Assembly: GCA_965225855.1 (NCBI GenBank)
Contig: CBDDCK010000005.1
Coordinates: forward strand, 1,216,001 to 1,280,000
Origin: Spirochaetia bacterium
GTDB taxonomy: Bacteria > Spirochaetota > Spirochaetia > SP-2023
Direction of reading: 5' to 3'
DNA: 64,000 nucleotides
Shown here: positions 50,879-59,706 of the stretch, in pieces
How positions within the stretch are numbered: the stretch's first letter is position 1
Layout: each line of letters begins with the position of its first letter
The notes under the pieces: generated by a model
The model's input: only the letters and a program-made list of their open reading frames with translations
Databases searched by the model: none
Told to the model about the DNA's origin: nothing
Position numbers and translations under genes: made by a program

Positions 50879-51403
50879 TTATTCTTTTCCCTTTTCTTGC
50901 AATAAACGATCAGCGCATTGAAATAATAAATAAAAGCAGCGCATAATAGCTAGAGTGGATACACTGAGCACTAAAACAATTAAACATTGATGAACTAATT
51001 TTGCAATTCTGTATACGGAACTACAAGCATATTCCTTTACTTCCAGCATACCAAATCCTAATAAAATAATACAAATAAAAATCGTTATGGAAGCATATTT
51101 ATAAACCCATACAATCATTTTGCCATATTTTTCTTTGATAGTAATAAATACAGGTTCTTTTAAAATGTTTAATAATAGGGGTAGTCCCGCAAGAATAAAA
51201 GCCAAAGCTGTACTAAAACTAGCAAATAGTGCGTTGTATAATTGGGATATATTAACATGCAGTGTTCTATTCACAAAGAAATAAATAATAATTACAGGAA
51301 TAGAAATTAGCAGGTCTTTAAGAAAAAATACTTTATATTTAAATTTTCTAGCTTCCTGCCAGTACCAGCTTTTCATCGCATTGTATATATCCTTTAGTTT
51401 CAT
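50879..51403 (-). CDS. 4-TM membrane protein (RexB-like position), putative defence effector
   Basis: Four hydrophobic segments; ATGA overlap with the upstream gene. Confidence 0.65.
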   Translation of the reverse strand: MKLKDIYNAMKSWYWQEARKFKYKVFFLKDLLISIPVIIIYFFVNRTLHVNISQLYNALFASFSTALAFILAGLPLLLNILKEPVFITIKEKYGKMIVWVYKYASITIFICIILLGFGMLEVKEYACSSVYRIAKLVHQCLIVLVLSVSTLAIMRCFYLLFQCADRLLQEKGKE

Positions 51404-52272
51404 TGTGAATTAGTATAATTACGCTGCCGAAGAAAATGAATCAAAATCTTATAAGCTTCAGATGCCTTTACCATGCCACTTTTTTCGCTGATAACAGGAA
51501 AATCGGCTTCATCTCTTTCCTTATATTCTTTTAAGCTATACTTTTTTAATTTTTCATTAGTAGAACCACCATTAAGAATAATATCATCAAATTCATTCAA
51601 TAAATTAATATTGAAAACTTTCTTAAAATCTGATGCTCCTCTTTTTTTATTGTATTCTTTACTAAACACAAAATTTTTACTGTTCGTAACCCTGTCATAA
51701 TGTTGTGGTAAATTTTTTATATCATCTTGCGCTATATCTTCTGCAAAGTTATTTCTATCAGACTTTATAATATACTCAATACTTGAAAGGCTTAGCAGAT
51801 CGTTAATAACTTTGCTCGGGTCTTCTCTCATGATAGGCATAAAGGCTAGGTAATCAACTTTATTGGGGAAGTAATACTGCATATATGGCGGTATTATAGT
51901 TACTCTAGGTGCATCTTGGTTAAACTCCATTGCCATATAATTACCATAAATTACAAAATGTGCTAAATCTATCAAGGCATTGCCGTCTCCCAAGTCCAAA
52001 CCAGAAATATCGGTAGTTTCCATATTCATAATACCGGGCAAATTTGTTTGCCGTACATATCCAATAAATCCTCGCACAAAACCTTCGCTACAATCATCAA
52101 CTTTACTAATTACAATGCGACCCGTTGTTTGTACTTTATAGTAATTCTCTTGATTTGTAATATCATGATCGGATAAAATATTAAACAATTGGTAAATATC
52201 TATTTCCTGATTTTTTAGCTTAGCTTCTATTTTATGGTAATAAATTTTACGCTTTTTAGTTGACTCTGACAT
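51400..52272 (-). CDS. Soluble 290-aa protein resembling DUF6731/DUF4747-type (RexA-like) proteins
   Basis: VRQTNLPGIM...ISGLDLGDGNALIDLAHFVIY...MEFNQDAPR pattern; translationally coupled to the 4-TM gene. Family recalled, not searched. Confidence 0.55.
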   Translation of the reverse strand: MSESTKKRKIYYHKIEAKLKNQEIDIYQLFNILSDHDITNQENYYKVQTTGRIVISKVDDCSEGFVRGFIGYVRQTNLPGIMNMETTDISGLDLGDGNALIDLAHFVIYGNYMAMEFNQDAPRVTIIPPYMQYYFPNKVDYLAFMPIMREDPSKVINDLLSLSSIEYIIKSDRNNFAEDIAQDDIKNLPQHYDRVTNSKNFVFSKEYNKKRGASDFKKVFNINLLNEFDDIILNGGSTNEKLKKYSLKEYKERDEADFPVISEKSGMVKASEAYKILIHFLRQRNYTNSQ

Positions 52273-52501
52273 ATATAATTACTTCCTTAAATATTTCCTC
52301 CCATGATCTATAATACCTTATGATAATCTAGCTGCAACCCAAAACTCACCCAACCGTCCCTAAAAGATTCCTAAGCCAGTTGATCGCCAGAATTATCAAG
52401 TAATGCCACCCAAACCTCAACCCAAATTTTTATTTACTATCCGTTTAATTTTTAGGCTTGCTTTGTTGCCAAAGGCCGGTTTTTTGTTCTTTGGCTATTT
52501 C

Positions 52502-52822
52502 CTAATTGTATTCGTCCCATTCTTTAGTTGTTTTCACACTAGCTTTTTTAGTAGTTTTAGGCCAAATTATTATAGATGTTGTTATTGTTAAAGCTGCTGA
52601 AACAAAAGCAAAACCATAAAGGGCGATACTAAAGGCTTGCCCATAATAGCCTATTGCTTGATAGTAAACTTCAGCAAGTGATTTACCGCTGACAGACTCG
52701 ATATTAGCAAGATATTTACCTACATTATTCATTAAGTAGCCTGCTCGAAATAATGCTCCGCTGCCAACAGTTCCGAATATTGAAGCTCCTATAGCATTGG
52801 TTTTTCGTTGTCCTTCTGTCAT
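52502..52822 (-). CDS. Small 2-TM membrane protein (possible superinfection exclusion)
   Basis: Two hydrophobic segments; AAGGA RBS; downstream of the repressor gene. Confidence 0.5.
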   Translation of the reverse strand: MTEGQRKTNAIGASIFGTVGSGALFRAGYLMNNVGKYLANIESVSGKSLAEVYYQAIGYYGQAFSIALYGFAFVSAALTITTSIIIWPKTTKKASVKTTKEWDEYN

Positions 52823-52885
52823 TTTCTTCCTTACATAATTTATTTTGTAGCTAAAATAGCCCCTTCATTTTCAGCACAAACCCCC

Positions 52886-53425
52886 CTAAGCCCTCTTATC
52901 TTTTTGCAAATAACTGACAGCTAAATTCTCTAAAGCCTCCAGGCGTTTCTCTAATTCGCCTACCTTACCATGTAAAACGCAATTTTCACGCACCAATCTA
53001 GTTTGCTCCAAAGATTCTAGCCTAGCTAACCGTTCTTGTAAAGTTTGGTTTTCTTGTTCTAATTTTTCTACCTCCGCTCTATCGGCTTTAGTTTCCACTG
53101 TTTGGGCGACTGTATCTAATCTTGCATCTGTTTCTTCCAAAAAGCGACAAAAAGACTCTCCTAAGCCAAAGCCTAAATCATCTATCTTTTTATCTACAGA
53201 TTCTGCCGACTGGCGCAGCATTTCACCTTCGCCAGTAATAAGCCAGTCCATACTTATCCCTTTTTCGGATATAAATATTTTTACACTGTCTGGAACGGAA
53301 TTTTCTCCATTTTCGTATCTTGATAATGTATTTTGTTTTATAGAAAGCACATCTGAAAGATTCTTTTGATTATAACCTAAGTATTTTCGGGCTTCAGCTA
53401 ATCGTTTACCTATATTTTTTTCCAT
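52886..53425 (-). CDS. XRE-family HTH prophage repressor with a coiled-coil C-terminus
   Basis: IGKRLAEARKYLGYNQKNLS...LSRYENG, SMDWLITGEGEM; divergent from the early operon. Confidence 0.85.
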   Translation of the reverse strand: MEKNIGKRLAEARKYLGYNQKNLSDVLSIKQNTLSRYENGENSVPDSVKIFISEKGISMDWLITGEGEMLRQSAESVDKKIDDLGFGLGESFCRFLEETDARLDTVAQTVETKADRAEVEKLEQENQTLQERLARLESLEQTRLVRENCVLHGKVGELEKRLEALENLAVSYLQKDKRA

Positions 53426-53441
53426 TTTTCGGATTCCTATG

Positions 53442-53470
53442 TTGACTTTTCTACTTAATAAGGATATATT
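53442..53470 (+). promoter_or_regulatory. Early lytic promoter
   Basis: TTGACT-17 bp-TATATT; the palindrome GGATA-TAT-TATCC overlaps the -10 box. Confidence 0.6.
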
Positions 53471-53532
53471 ATCCGAGAAAGGTAGAGAACACTACAACGA
53501 GAGTATAACAAAAAAGAAAAGGAGAAAAAGAC

Positions 53533-53844
53533 ATGGAGCCAGAATTGACCCGCCGCTTTATCCAGTCAGAGCTCGCTTATCGTAGTTTGAGTCAGTCCGA
53601 CTTGGCTCGATTAACCAATTTATCATATGCCCAGCTAAATAATGTTCTAACTGGAATTAGAGCGCATACGAAAAGAGGCAAAACTATTCGGCATCAAATA
53701 GCTGAATGCTTTGGATATCATTCATGGGAAGATTTAGAGAGTGCAGCCGCCAGTGCTGTACATAGATTAGATGACAATCCCAACATTCCAATAAATAAAG
53801 CAGGGAAAATCCCTGTAATTACTCAAAAGGAGATAACAGCATGA
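53533..53844 (+). CDS. Ner/Cro-like HTH protein
   Basis: LSQSDLARLTNLSYAQLNNVLTG; first gene divergent from the repressor. Confidence 0.75.
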   Translation: MEPELTRRFIQSELAYRSLSQSDLARLTNLSYAQLNNVLTGIRAHTKRGKTIRHQIAECFGYHSWEDLESAAASAVHRLDDNPNIPINKAGKIPVITQKEITA

Positions 53845-54413
53845 GCAAGTTAAGTTTATTTAACTTTGGCCCGCACGAAGTGCGAGAGCTAGAAAAAGAC
53901 GGTGAACCTTGGTTTGTCGCAAAAGATATTTGCCAAGCCCTTGGTTTGGAAAATCACAGAAAGGCCTTAGCTGATCTGCCAGAAGACGAAAGGGAGTCAC
54001 TAATAGTTACTACCTTAGGTGGTAAACAAGAAATGATTATAGTTTCCGAGCCCGGCATGTATCGGCTTTTGTTTCGCAGCAACAAACCCAAAGCCGAGCC
54101 GTTTGTTCGTTGGGTAACCCACGAAGTTTTGCCCAGTATTCGCAAGCAAGGCTTTTACAAGCTGGAGCGGGAAGTAGCGGAACAAAAAGACAAAGCCCTA
54201 AATGCCTATGAATGGTATTTTGAAGCCCGCCAGGAATGCAAAGTTTTAGAAGAACGCTACCGCAAAAGCCATAGCAAACTAAGCGCATACGAAATAGCGC
54301 AAATTCAAAACATGGCGCTCCAAGACAAAAGCACCAGCCAAATAGCTATGGAAGTGGGCCGCAGCAACACCACAGTACGCAAATACAAAAAACAAATGGA
54401 GGTGGGGGTGTGA
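53841..54413 (+). CDS. Bro-N domain antirepressor-like protein with a C-terminal HTH
   Basis: GEPWFVAKDICQALG, VSEPGMYRLLFRSNKPKAEPFVRWVTHEVLPSIRKQG. Confidence 0.9.
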   Translation: MSKLSLFNFGPHEVRELEKDGEPWFVAKDICQALGLENHRKALADLPEDERESLIVTTLGGKQEMIIVSEPGMYRLLFRSNKPKAEPFVRWVTHEVLPSIRKQGFYKLEREVAEQKDKALNAYEWYFEARQECKVLEERYRKSHSKLSAYEIAQIQNMALQDKSTSQIAMEVGRSNTTVRKYKKQMEVGV

Positions 54414-54664
54414 ACGAAGAAAAAGTAATAACCATTGAAGGAGAAGAAGGAGACACAATGTTGCGTGCTACGAAACTCGGAGAAGGTGAAAGAGCTTGTC
54501 TGGCTTTTGAGTTTTTAGGGTGGAATAAAAGTGATGCTTGTGTTTTTCAGGAAACCTATATCGTTCCTTGGGATTGTGTTACGAACTCTTGGATATTGGA
54601 AAAGTATTCTAATTGGTTATTAGATAGACAAAAATACTTACTTTCTTTTTTGGTGCAGATTTAA
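54410..54664 (+). CDS. Hypothetical phage protein
   Basis: GTGA overlap and GGAGG RBS. Confidence 0.55.
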   Translation: MNEEKVITIEGEEGDTMLRATKLGEGERACLAFEFLGWNKSDACVFQETYIVPWDCVTNSWILEKYSNWLLDRQKYLLSFLVQI

Positions 54665-54665
54665 A

Positions 54666-54713
54666 AGCGTGGCTAAACGGGGCAAGCCGAGGGTTCGATT
54701 CCCTCGCACGCTA
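54666..54713 (+). other. Minimal tRNA-like element (acceptor-like stem plus T-arm)
   Basis: AGCGTG...CGAGGG-TTCGATT-CCCTCG-CACGCT; no anticodon arm. Confidence 0.5.
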
Positions 54714-54758
54714 TAACTAGCCCGTATGGGTTTAGTAGTTTTAATCAAGGAGTTTGTT

Positions 54759-54914
54759 GTGAACGAACTAGAAGAACTAAACAAATTACTCACGGATAAT
54801 GGGTATACCATTGTTAAATTTGAGGATCGCCCTAGGGGCAGGTCTTCCTATATTCTTGGCGATGAAATGCCCACCAGGGAGTTTCATTTAACCCTGATTA
54901 AGCGGGATCAATAA
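54759..54914 (+). CDS. Small hypothetical phage protein
   Basis: AAGGAG followed by a GTG start. Confidence 0.4.
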   Translation: MNELEELNKLLTDNGYTIVKFEDRPRGRSSYILGDEMPTREFHLTLIKRDQ

Positions 54915-55077
54915 AAGCTCGGATTTGTGGCAATATGCGCTCTGCATTGCTGATTGCTTCGGTAAGAATAAGAACGCCTTGGGTATTCTTGCCTTGAATT
55001 GCTTTCTTAAGATCGTCAGCTACTGCAATTTGCATTCCTAATTGCAGGGCATTTGCTCTAAATTCTTGTTCAGTCAT
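54898..55077 (-). CDS. Small counter-oriented hypothetical protein (moron-like)
   Basis: GGAGG RBS before MTEQEFRANALQLG. Confidence 0.5.
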   Translation of the reverse strand: MTEQEFRANALQLGMQIAVADDLKKAIQGKNTQGVLILTEAISNAERILPQIRAFIDPA

Positions 55078-55201
55078 AAAAGACCTCCGGTAATTGTTTT
55101 TGTGGGTAAGGCAAATACAGCGAGGCAAAGGCAAAGCGCCAAGACGCCCCGCGGCTGGACAGACAGCGATTTTACACCAAGGATTCCGACTAGGGGGATA
55201 A

Positions 55202-55390
55202 ATGATAAATATTAGAATAATGATGAGTTACGCTTTTGTTTTTGTGTTTTTACTTTTTGCGCTCTATAAAATAGTGGTATTTTTGGGGCTCACTTCAGAA
55301 ACAACAGACAACAAAATTTCGTATATGTTTATGTATATAGGAATTGGGATATTCCTAGTCAATTATATTCTACTGGAACTAGAGGGATAA
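55202..55390 (+). CDS. Small 2-TM hypothetical protein
   Basis: Two hydrophobic segments; GGGGG RBS. Confidence 0.45.
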   Translation: MINIRIMMSYAFVFVFLLFALYKIVVFLGLTSETTDNKISYMFMYIGIGIFLVNYILLELEG

Positions 55391-55391
55391 A

Positions 55392-55616
55392 ATGAACGAC
55401 TTAAAAACCATGATACGCATTCGTATCTTGCAAGGTCAAAATAACTATGAGATTGCGCAGGCTGTGGGCACGCCATTGTTGTTGGTCGATCGAATCCGCC
55501 ATGAAATAGACAGCGAAATTGAGGCCGAACAAGATTACTTGGCCGGCATCCAGCCTGCCCCGTTTACAGACGAGGAAATCCGCCGTGGTTCAGCCTGTGG
55601 CGAAGGTTGTAGTTAA
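55392..55616 (+). CDS. Small HTH-like hypothetical protein
   Basis: NNYEIAQAVGTPLLLVDRIR. Confidence 0.5.
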   Translation: MNDLKTMIRIRILQGQNNYEIAQAVGTPLLLVDRIRHEIDSEIEAEQDYLAGIQPAPFTDEEIRRGSACGEGCS

Positions 55617-55618
55617 TC

Positions 55619-55846
55619 ATGGGAAAAGACTTATTACAAGGCGTTTATCGCTACCAATTGCCCGTGTCGTTGTACCGGCAAATACAGCAAAGAACTTGTT
55701 CTAAATACCGCCATCACGACAACACCAGTTTGATTGCTGAAAAGCAAATGTTGCTATTGCGCTTGATTGCCATAGAACTAGAGCAGGAACGCCGCACCCA
55801 AGAGTATCGGCACATACTTAGAAAGGCAGGGTTGCCATGCAAGTAA
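55619..55846 (+). CDS. Hypothetical phage protein
   Basis: Tightly packed within the early operon. Confidence 0.45.
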   Translation: MGKDLLQGVYRYQLPVSLYRQIQQRTCSKYRHHDNTSLIAEKQMLLLRLIAIELEQERRTQEYRHILRKAGLPCK

Positions 55847-56109
55847 ACAGTGAATACCTAACCAAAAGCAAACAACAAGTTTTGCAGGTATTTTGGGCGG
55901 TACTCAATGGCGGTATTGCAGGGCGTAGCTTTGGTGATTTGGCCAAAGAATTAAATTTGAGCGAATCGGCTTTGTTGAAAGATTTACACAACTTGGCAGC
56001 CGTTCGCTATGTGGAGCGTAAAACGAATGCCCAGTTTTGGGGTGTAAGTACAGATTTTATAGAACAATTTGCCCAAGTGATCGAGAGCTTGGGCTTGAAG
56101 GTGAAATAA
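55837..56109 (+). CDS. IclR-like winged-HTH protein
   Basis: SFGDLAKELNLSESALLKDLHNLAAVRYVER...FW; typical position upstream of DUF3102 and transposase. Confidence 0.7.
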   Translation: MQVNSEYLTKSKQQVLQVFWAVLNGGIAGRSFGDLAKELNLSESALLKDLHNLAAVRYVERKTNAQFWGVSTDFIEQFAQVIESLGLKVK

Positions 56110-56118
56110 GGTGAAACA

Positions 56119-57162
56119 ATGAAAACAAAGGAATTAAAAGAAGTCAATCCCGAAGCAACGGGGTTGGCAGCCAAAGCGCAAGCCGTGGCAGTGCAAAGCG
56201 ACCACGAGATGGCAATCGATCGGCAATTTGCCAAGGAAGGCGAGGTATTTGAGCTTTCGATTGTGGAAACCAAAGTGGTGCAGCTCCAGCAAATTGCAGG
56301 GCAAAGCATATTGGAAATGGGCAGGCTATTGACTTGGACAAAAGAGCGTGTTGGCCACGGCAATTTTATCAAGAGTTTAAAGCGTATGAATATTAGTCAA
56401 AGCACGGCAAAAGCGTATATTCAGGTTTATACGAAGTTACAGAAATCAAATCGACAGCCGGTTGTCGATTTGGGAATAACCAAAGCCCTAGAATTGGTGC
56501 GCAATTACGAAGAGGAAGAGCTGGAGGCTTTGGCAGATGGCCAAGAAGTGGACGGGCGCACGCTGGACGAGTTTGCCGGTATGAGTCGCACGGAATTAAA
56601 AACCGCTTTGCGTTCCAAAGAAGAAAAGTATAAGCAAAATTTAGAGGCGGTGAACAAGCAAGCGGACGCACTGCAGAAACGCAACAGCAAATTAGCCCAG
56701 CAGGTGGAAAACTACGAATCGGGCAGTGATCGGGGCTGGGAGTTTGCCGTTCAGTGGTTGGAGCGTATGAGCAAACAAGGTCAAGCGATCCACAGTGCAG
56801 CCAAAGAATTGGAAAGTTTAGCCGTGCAGTGGGCAGAGTTTATTGAGAACGGCGATCAGCGGGCTTTGGCAGGGCAGCCGTTTTTGTTGAGTAATTTGAG
56901 CTTTTATCAAAATTTAGTGGCCACTGCGATAGACCAATGCGATGGAGCGTTGCAGCAGGCCATGGCAGCCCATCACCCCGATTTGCAATTTCCAGCAGGG
57001 ACGCAATACCCCGCTCTGGGTTTTAGTAGGAATAACTTGCCCAAAAATATGAAATTTAATCCCGCCTCTGTGGAAGAAGCGGACAACCAAGAAATTGATT
57101 TTGAACAGGTTTTGAGTGAAGAAGGTTTTACTGAAGAAAAGCCTTTCTTGTTTGATTCGTAG
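56119..57162 (+). CDS. DUF3102-like protein upstream of the transposase
   Basis: EMGRLLTWTKERVGHGNF, LGITKALEL, TLDEFAGMSRTELKTALR, then a coiled coil. Confidence 0.72.
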   Translation: MKTKELKEVNPEATGLAAKAQAVAVQSDHEMAIDRQFAKEGEVFELSIVETKVVQLQQIAGQSILEMGRLLTWTKERVGHGNFIKSLKRMNISQSTAKAYIQVYTKLQKSNRQPVVDLGITKALELVRNYEEEELEALADGQEVDGRTLDEFAGMSRTELKTALRSKEEKYKQNLEAVNKQADALQKRNSKLAQQVENYESGSDRGWEFAVQWLERMSKQGQAIHSAAKELESLAVQWAEFIENGDQRALAGQPFLLSNLSFYQNLVATAIDQCDGALQQAMAAHHPDLQFPAGTQYPALGFSRNNLPKNMKFNPASVEEADNQEIDFEQVLSEEGFTEEKPFLFDS

Positions 57163-57164
57163 CA

Positions 57165-58925
57165 ATGAGCGTAGAAGATTTTGGTAAGCGTTGGCAAGCA
57201 GCCCGTGGCCAAGGCCAAGCGAAAGGGCTTGTTATCGCAGAAATGGTAAGCACTTATGGTTGGAGCAAGCAAACTTGCTACCGCAAATTGGCCGAAGCGG
57301 GTTTTCGTAGCAACAAGAAAAAGCGCAGTGATGCGGGGACTAGCAGCATGAAAGAAAACGATTTACTGATTTTGTCGGCTATGTTGCAGGAGGGTTTGCG
57401 CACAAATGGCAAAGCCCAGCTTTTAGTGCCAGAGGCCCGCTCGATTATGGCGATCAATGGTTTTACGATTCCCATTAGCAACCGCCAGTTGAATCGTTTA
57501 CTAAAGCAATTGAAGCTGGATATGCAGAGTTTAAAAACGCCTAAAATCCATAGCCATTTGCAAAGTTTGCACCCCAATCATGTTTGGCAAATAGACCCCA
57601 GTTTTTGCACGATCTACTATCTGAAGAATGGCCAGCAGGTGATTATCGAAGATAGCGAAGCCTACAAAAACAAGCACGACATTTACGAAAAGCTAAAGAA
57701 GAACCAAGCCAAAGTGTGGCGGTATGTAATGAGCGATCACTATAGCGGCTATACTTTTGTGCGCTATTACCAAACCCACGGCGAAAACCAGCAGGTGGCG
57801 TTTGATTTCTTTTTGCAAGCAGCGATGAAGAAAGAACGCAATCCGCTTTGTGGTGTGCCCAAAATCATTTTATGGGACAAGGGAAGTGCCAATACCTCAA
57901 AGGCGATGATTGCGGCTTTAACGGCCTTAGGGGTTAAGGTTTTGACGCATGCCGTGGGCAAAAGCAATGTCAAGGGCAGCGTAGAAAACGCCAATAACCG
58001 GGTTGAGTGTAGCTTTGAGACGCATTTGCGCTTTAATCCTTTGCATTCTGTAGAGGAGATCAATATCGCAGTAGAGGCGTATTTTATTGCCTACAATGCC
58101 AATTTGCTACCAGAGCGGGACAGTCGTTTAGAGCGCAAAGGCAAGCGTGTACGCACAGAGCTTTGGCTAGAGATCAAAGAAAGCGAATTGCGATTTTTGC
58201 CAGAGCTAACGATTTGTAGGCGGTTGTTAGTGAAACCAGCCGAGCAGCGCACTGTTAAAAATGATGGTTGCATAGATTTAAGGCATACTTTTTATAAGCA
58301 AGGCGGTAGCTATTTAGTTGCACCTTTGGGTTTGGTGCCGGGTGATAAAGTACAAGTACAGTGCTTGGCCTATGATGGTGCTGCTATTTTGGTGCATTAT
58401 CGGGACAAGCAAGGCAGGGCACAAACCAGCCGAATAGAGAAGCCTTTGGCGGTAAATAATGCTGGATTTATTGCGAGTGCAGCCGTGATAGGCAAACAAT
58501 ACAAAGTAGCAGATGATAGAAACGAACAGAACCGCAAAAAATTAGAGTCTTTAGCCCACCCAGAAGGTAAAAAGAAGAATGCCAAGCCGTTTGCCCATTT
58601 AAACGAAGGCCAAGGTTTACAAACCCACAACCAAATTATAGCCACAGTAAACCAGTACAACGAAAAACTATTGCATATGCCGTTGCGGGGCAATTCTATT
58701 GGTTTGGGGCAAACGCAAATATACCAAGTTTCATACAGCCTTATCGAAGCCCTAACTTGGCTGAAAAACAAGCTAGAGAGCAATAACTATCAATACAGCA
58801 AAGAGTATGTAGGACTGGTTAAAGGTCAAATGAAGGAGGGCAAAATCGAAGAAGCAGATTTAGAGGGGATATATCAAAAAATAACAAAGGAGGATACAGA
58901 TGTACTGTATTTCAAAGAGGCTTGA
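57165..58925 (+). CDS. Mu-like DDE transposase (A protein, B3 type)
   Basis: KKKRSDAG, SLHPNHVWQIDPS, GVPKIILWDKGSAN, KGSVENANNRVE. Confidence 0.9.
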   Translation: MSVEDFGKRWQAARGQGQAKGLVIAEMVSTYGWSKQTCYRKLAEAGFRSNKKKRSDAGTSSMKENDLLILSAMLQEGLRTNGKAQLLVPEARSIMAINGFTIPISNRQLNRLLKQLKLDMQSLKTPKIHSHLQSLHPNHVWQIDPSFCTIYYLKNGQQVIIEDSEAYKNKHDIYEKLKKNQAKVWRYVMSDHYSGYTFVRYYQTHGENQQVAFDFFLQAAMKKERNPLCGVPKIILWDKGSANTSKAMIAALTALGVKVLTHAVGKSNVKGSVENANNRVECSFETHLRFNPLHSVEEINIAVEAYFIAYNANLLPERDSRLERKGKRVRTELWLEIKESELRFLPELTICRRLLVKPAEQRTVKNDGCIDLRHTFYKQGGSYLVAPLGLVPGDKVQVQCLAYDGAAILVHYRDKQGRAQTSRIEKPLAVNNAGFIASAAVIGKQYKVADDRNEQNRKKLESLAHPEGKKKNAKPFAHLNEGQGLQTHNQIIATVNQYNEKLLHMPLRGNSIGLGQTQIYQVSYSLIEALTWLKNKLESNNYQYSKEYVGLVKGQMKEGKIEEADLEGIYQKITKEDTDVLYFKEA

Positions 58926-59706
58926 TTTTTTGCGTCTTGGTTTATGGACTTTAATGCTGATCAGTTTAATTGCCAGTATGCGCCATGTGGCTTGGCTGTA
59001 TTCCACACTGGAATTGGGCAGCGAAACAGCGGGCTGGATTTCGGCCTTTAGCTTTGATGCCAGCGTATTTTTGCTAACGCTAATCGGGGTGAAGTACAAA
59101 CAAGGAACAGCGCAAAGGCGTTTTATTCGGGTAGGAATTTATACCAATGCGGTAATTAGTATCTTGGCCAACATTATGCACGGCGTTGAGCACCAACAAG
59201 AGCTAGAACGGGTCAAAGGTTTTTTATGGCAAATTATTCCGTATGTGTTCAGTTTTGCCGTTCCGCTAATGGTGGTTTTCTTAGCTGAAGTTTTGAGCAG
59301 GCAGGAGAGCGAATTAGAAGCCGAAGTGCGCAAACAACAAAAGAAAGAGGCAAAAACTGGTCAAAATAGTGGACGAACAACTGGACGAGAATTGACCGAA
59401 ACCGAACGAGCAAGTGGCCGAGAATTGGCCAAAACTGGACGGCTAACAAAAACCGAACGAATGGAAAAGGTAGCCGAAGCAGTGGCCGAAGGTAAGCGGT
59501 CGAGAAATGAAATAGCCGAATATACAGGTGTTCCAAAGAGTTCGGTAGGTGATGTATTGAACGAATTATACCAGACAGGCCGTTTGGTCAAAAACGAATC
59601 TGGTCAGCCAGAATTGCCCAGTTCCGAGCAGTTTCGGTCAGACAGTTTAGATAGTTTGGTCAGTAATCCGTCCATCATCAACCAAACAGAGGAGTTAGGA
59701 GCATGA
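58900..59706 (+). CDS. Membrane protein with a C-terminal HTH (DUF2637/SpdA-like architecture)
   Basis: About four N-terminal TM segments, a repeat linker, and SRNEIAEYTGVPKSSVGDVL. Confidence 0.6.
   Translation: MYCISKRLDFLRLGLWTLMLISLIASMRHVAWLYSTLELGSETAGWISAFSFDASVFLLTLIGVKYKQGTAQRRFIRVGIYTNAVISILANIMHGVEHQQELERVKGFLWQIIPYVFSFAVPLMVVFLAEVLSRQESELEAEVRKQQKKEAKTGQNSGRTTGRELTETERASGRELAKTGRLTKTERMEKVAEAVAEGKRSRNEIAEYTGVPKSSVGDVLNELYQTGRLVKNESGQPELPSSEQFRSDSLDSLVSNPSIINQTEELGA

Noticed and set aside
54666..54713. Functional tRNA gene or tRNA-derived att site
   Set aside because: Only about 48 nt with no anticodon arm or CCA, and Mu-like phages integrate by transposition rather than at tRNA att sites.
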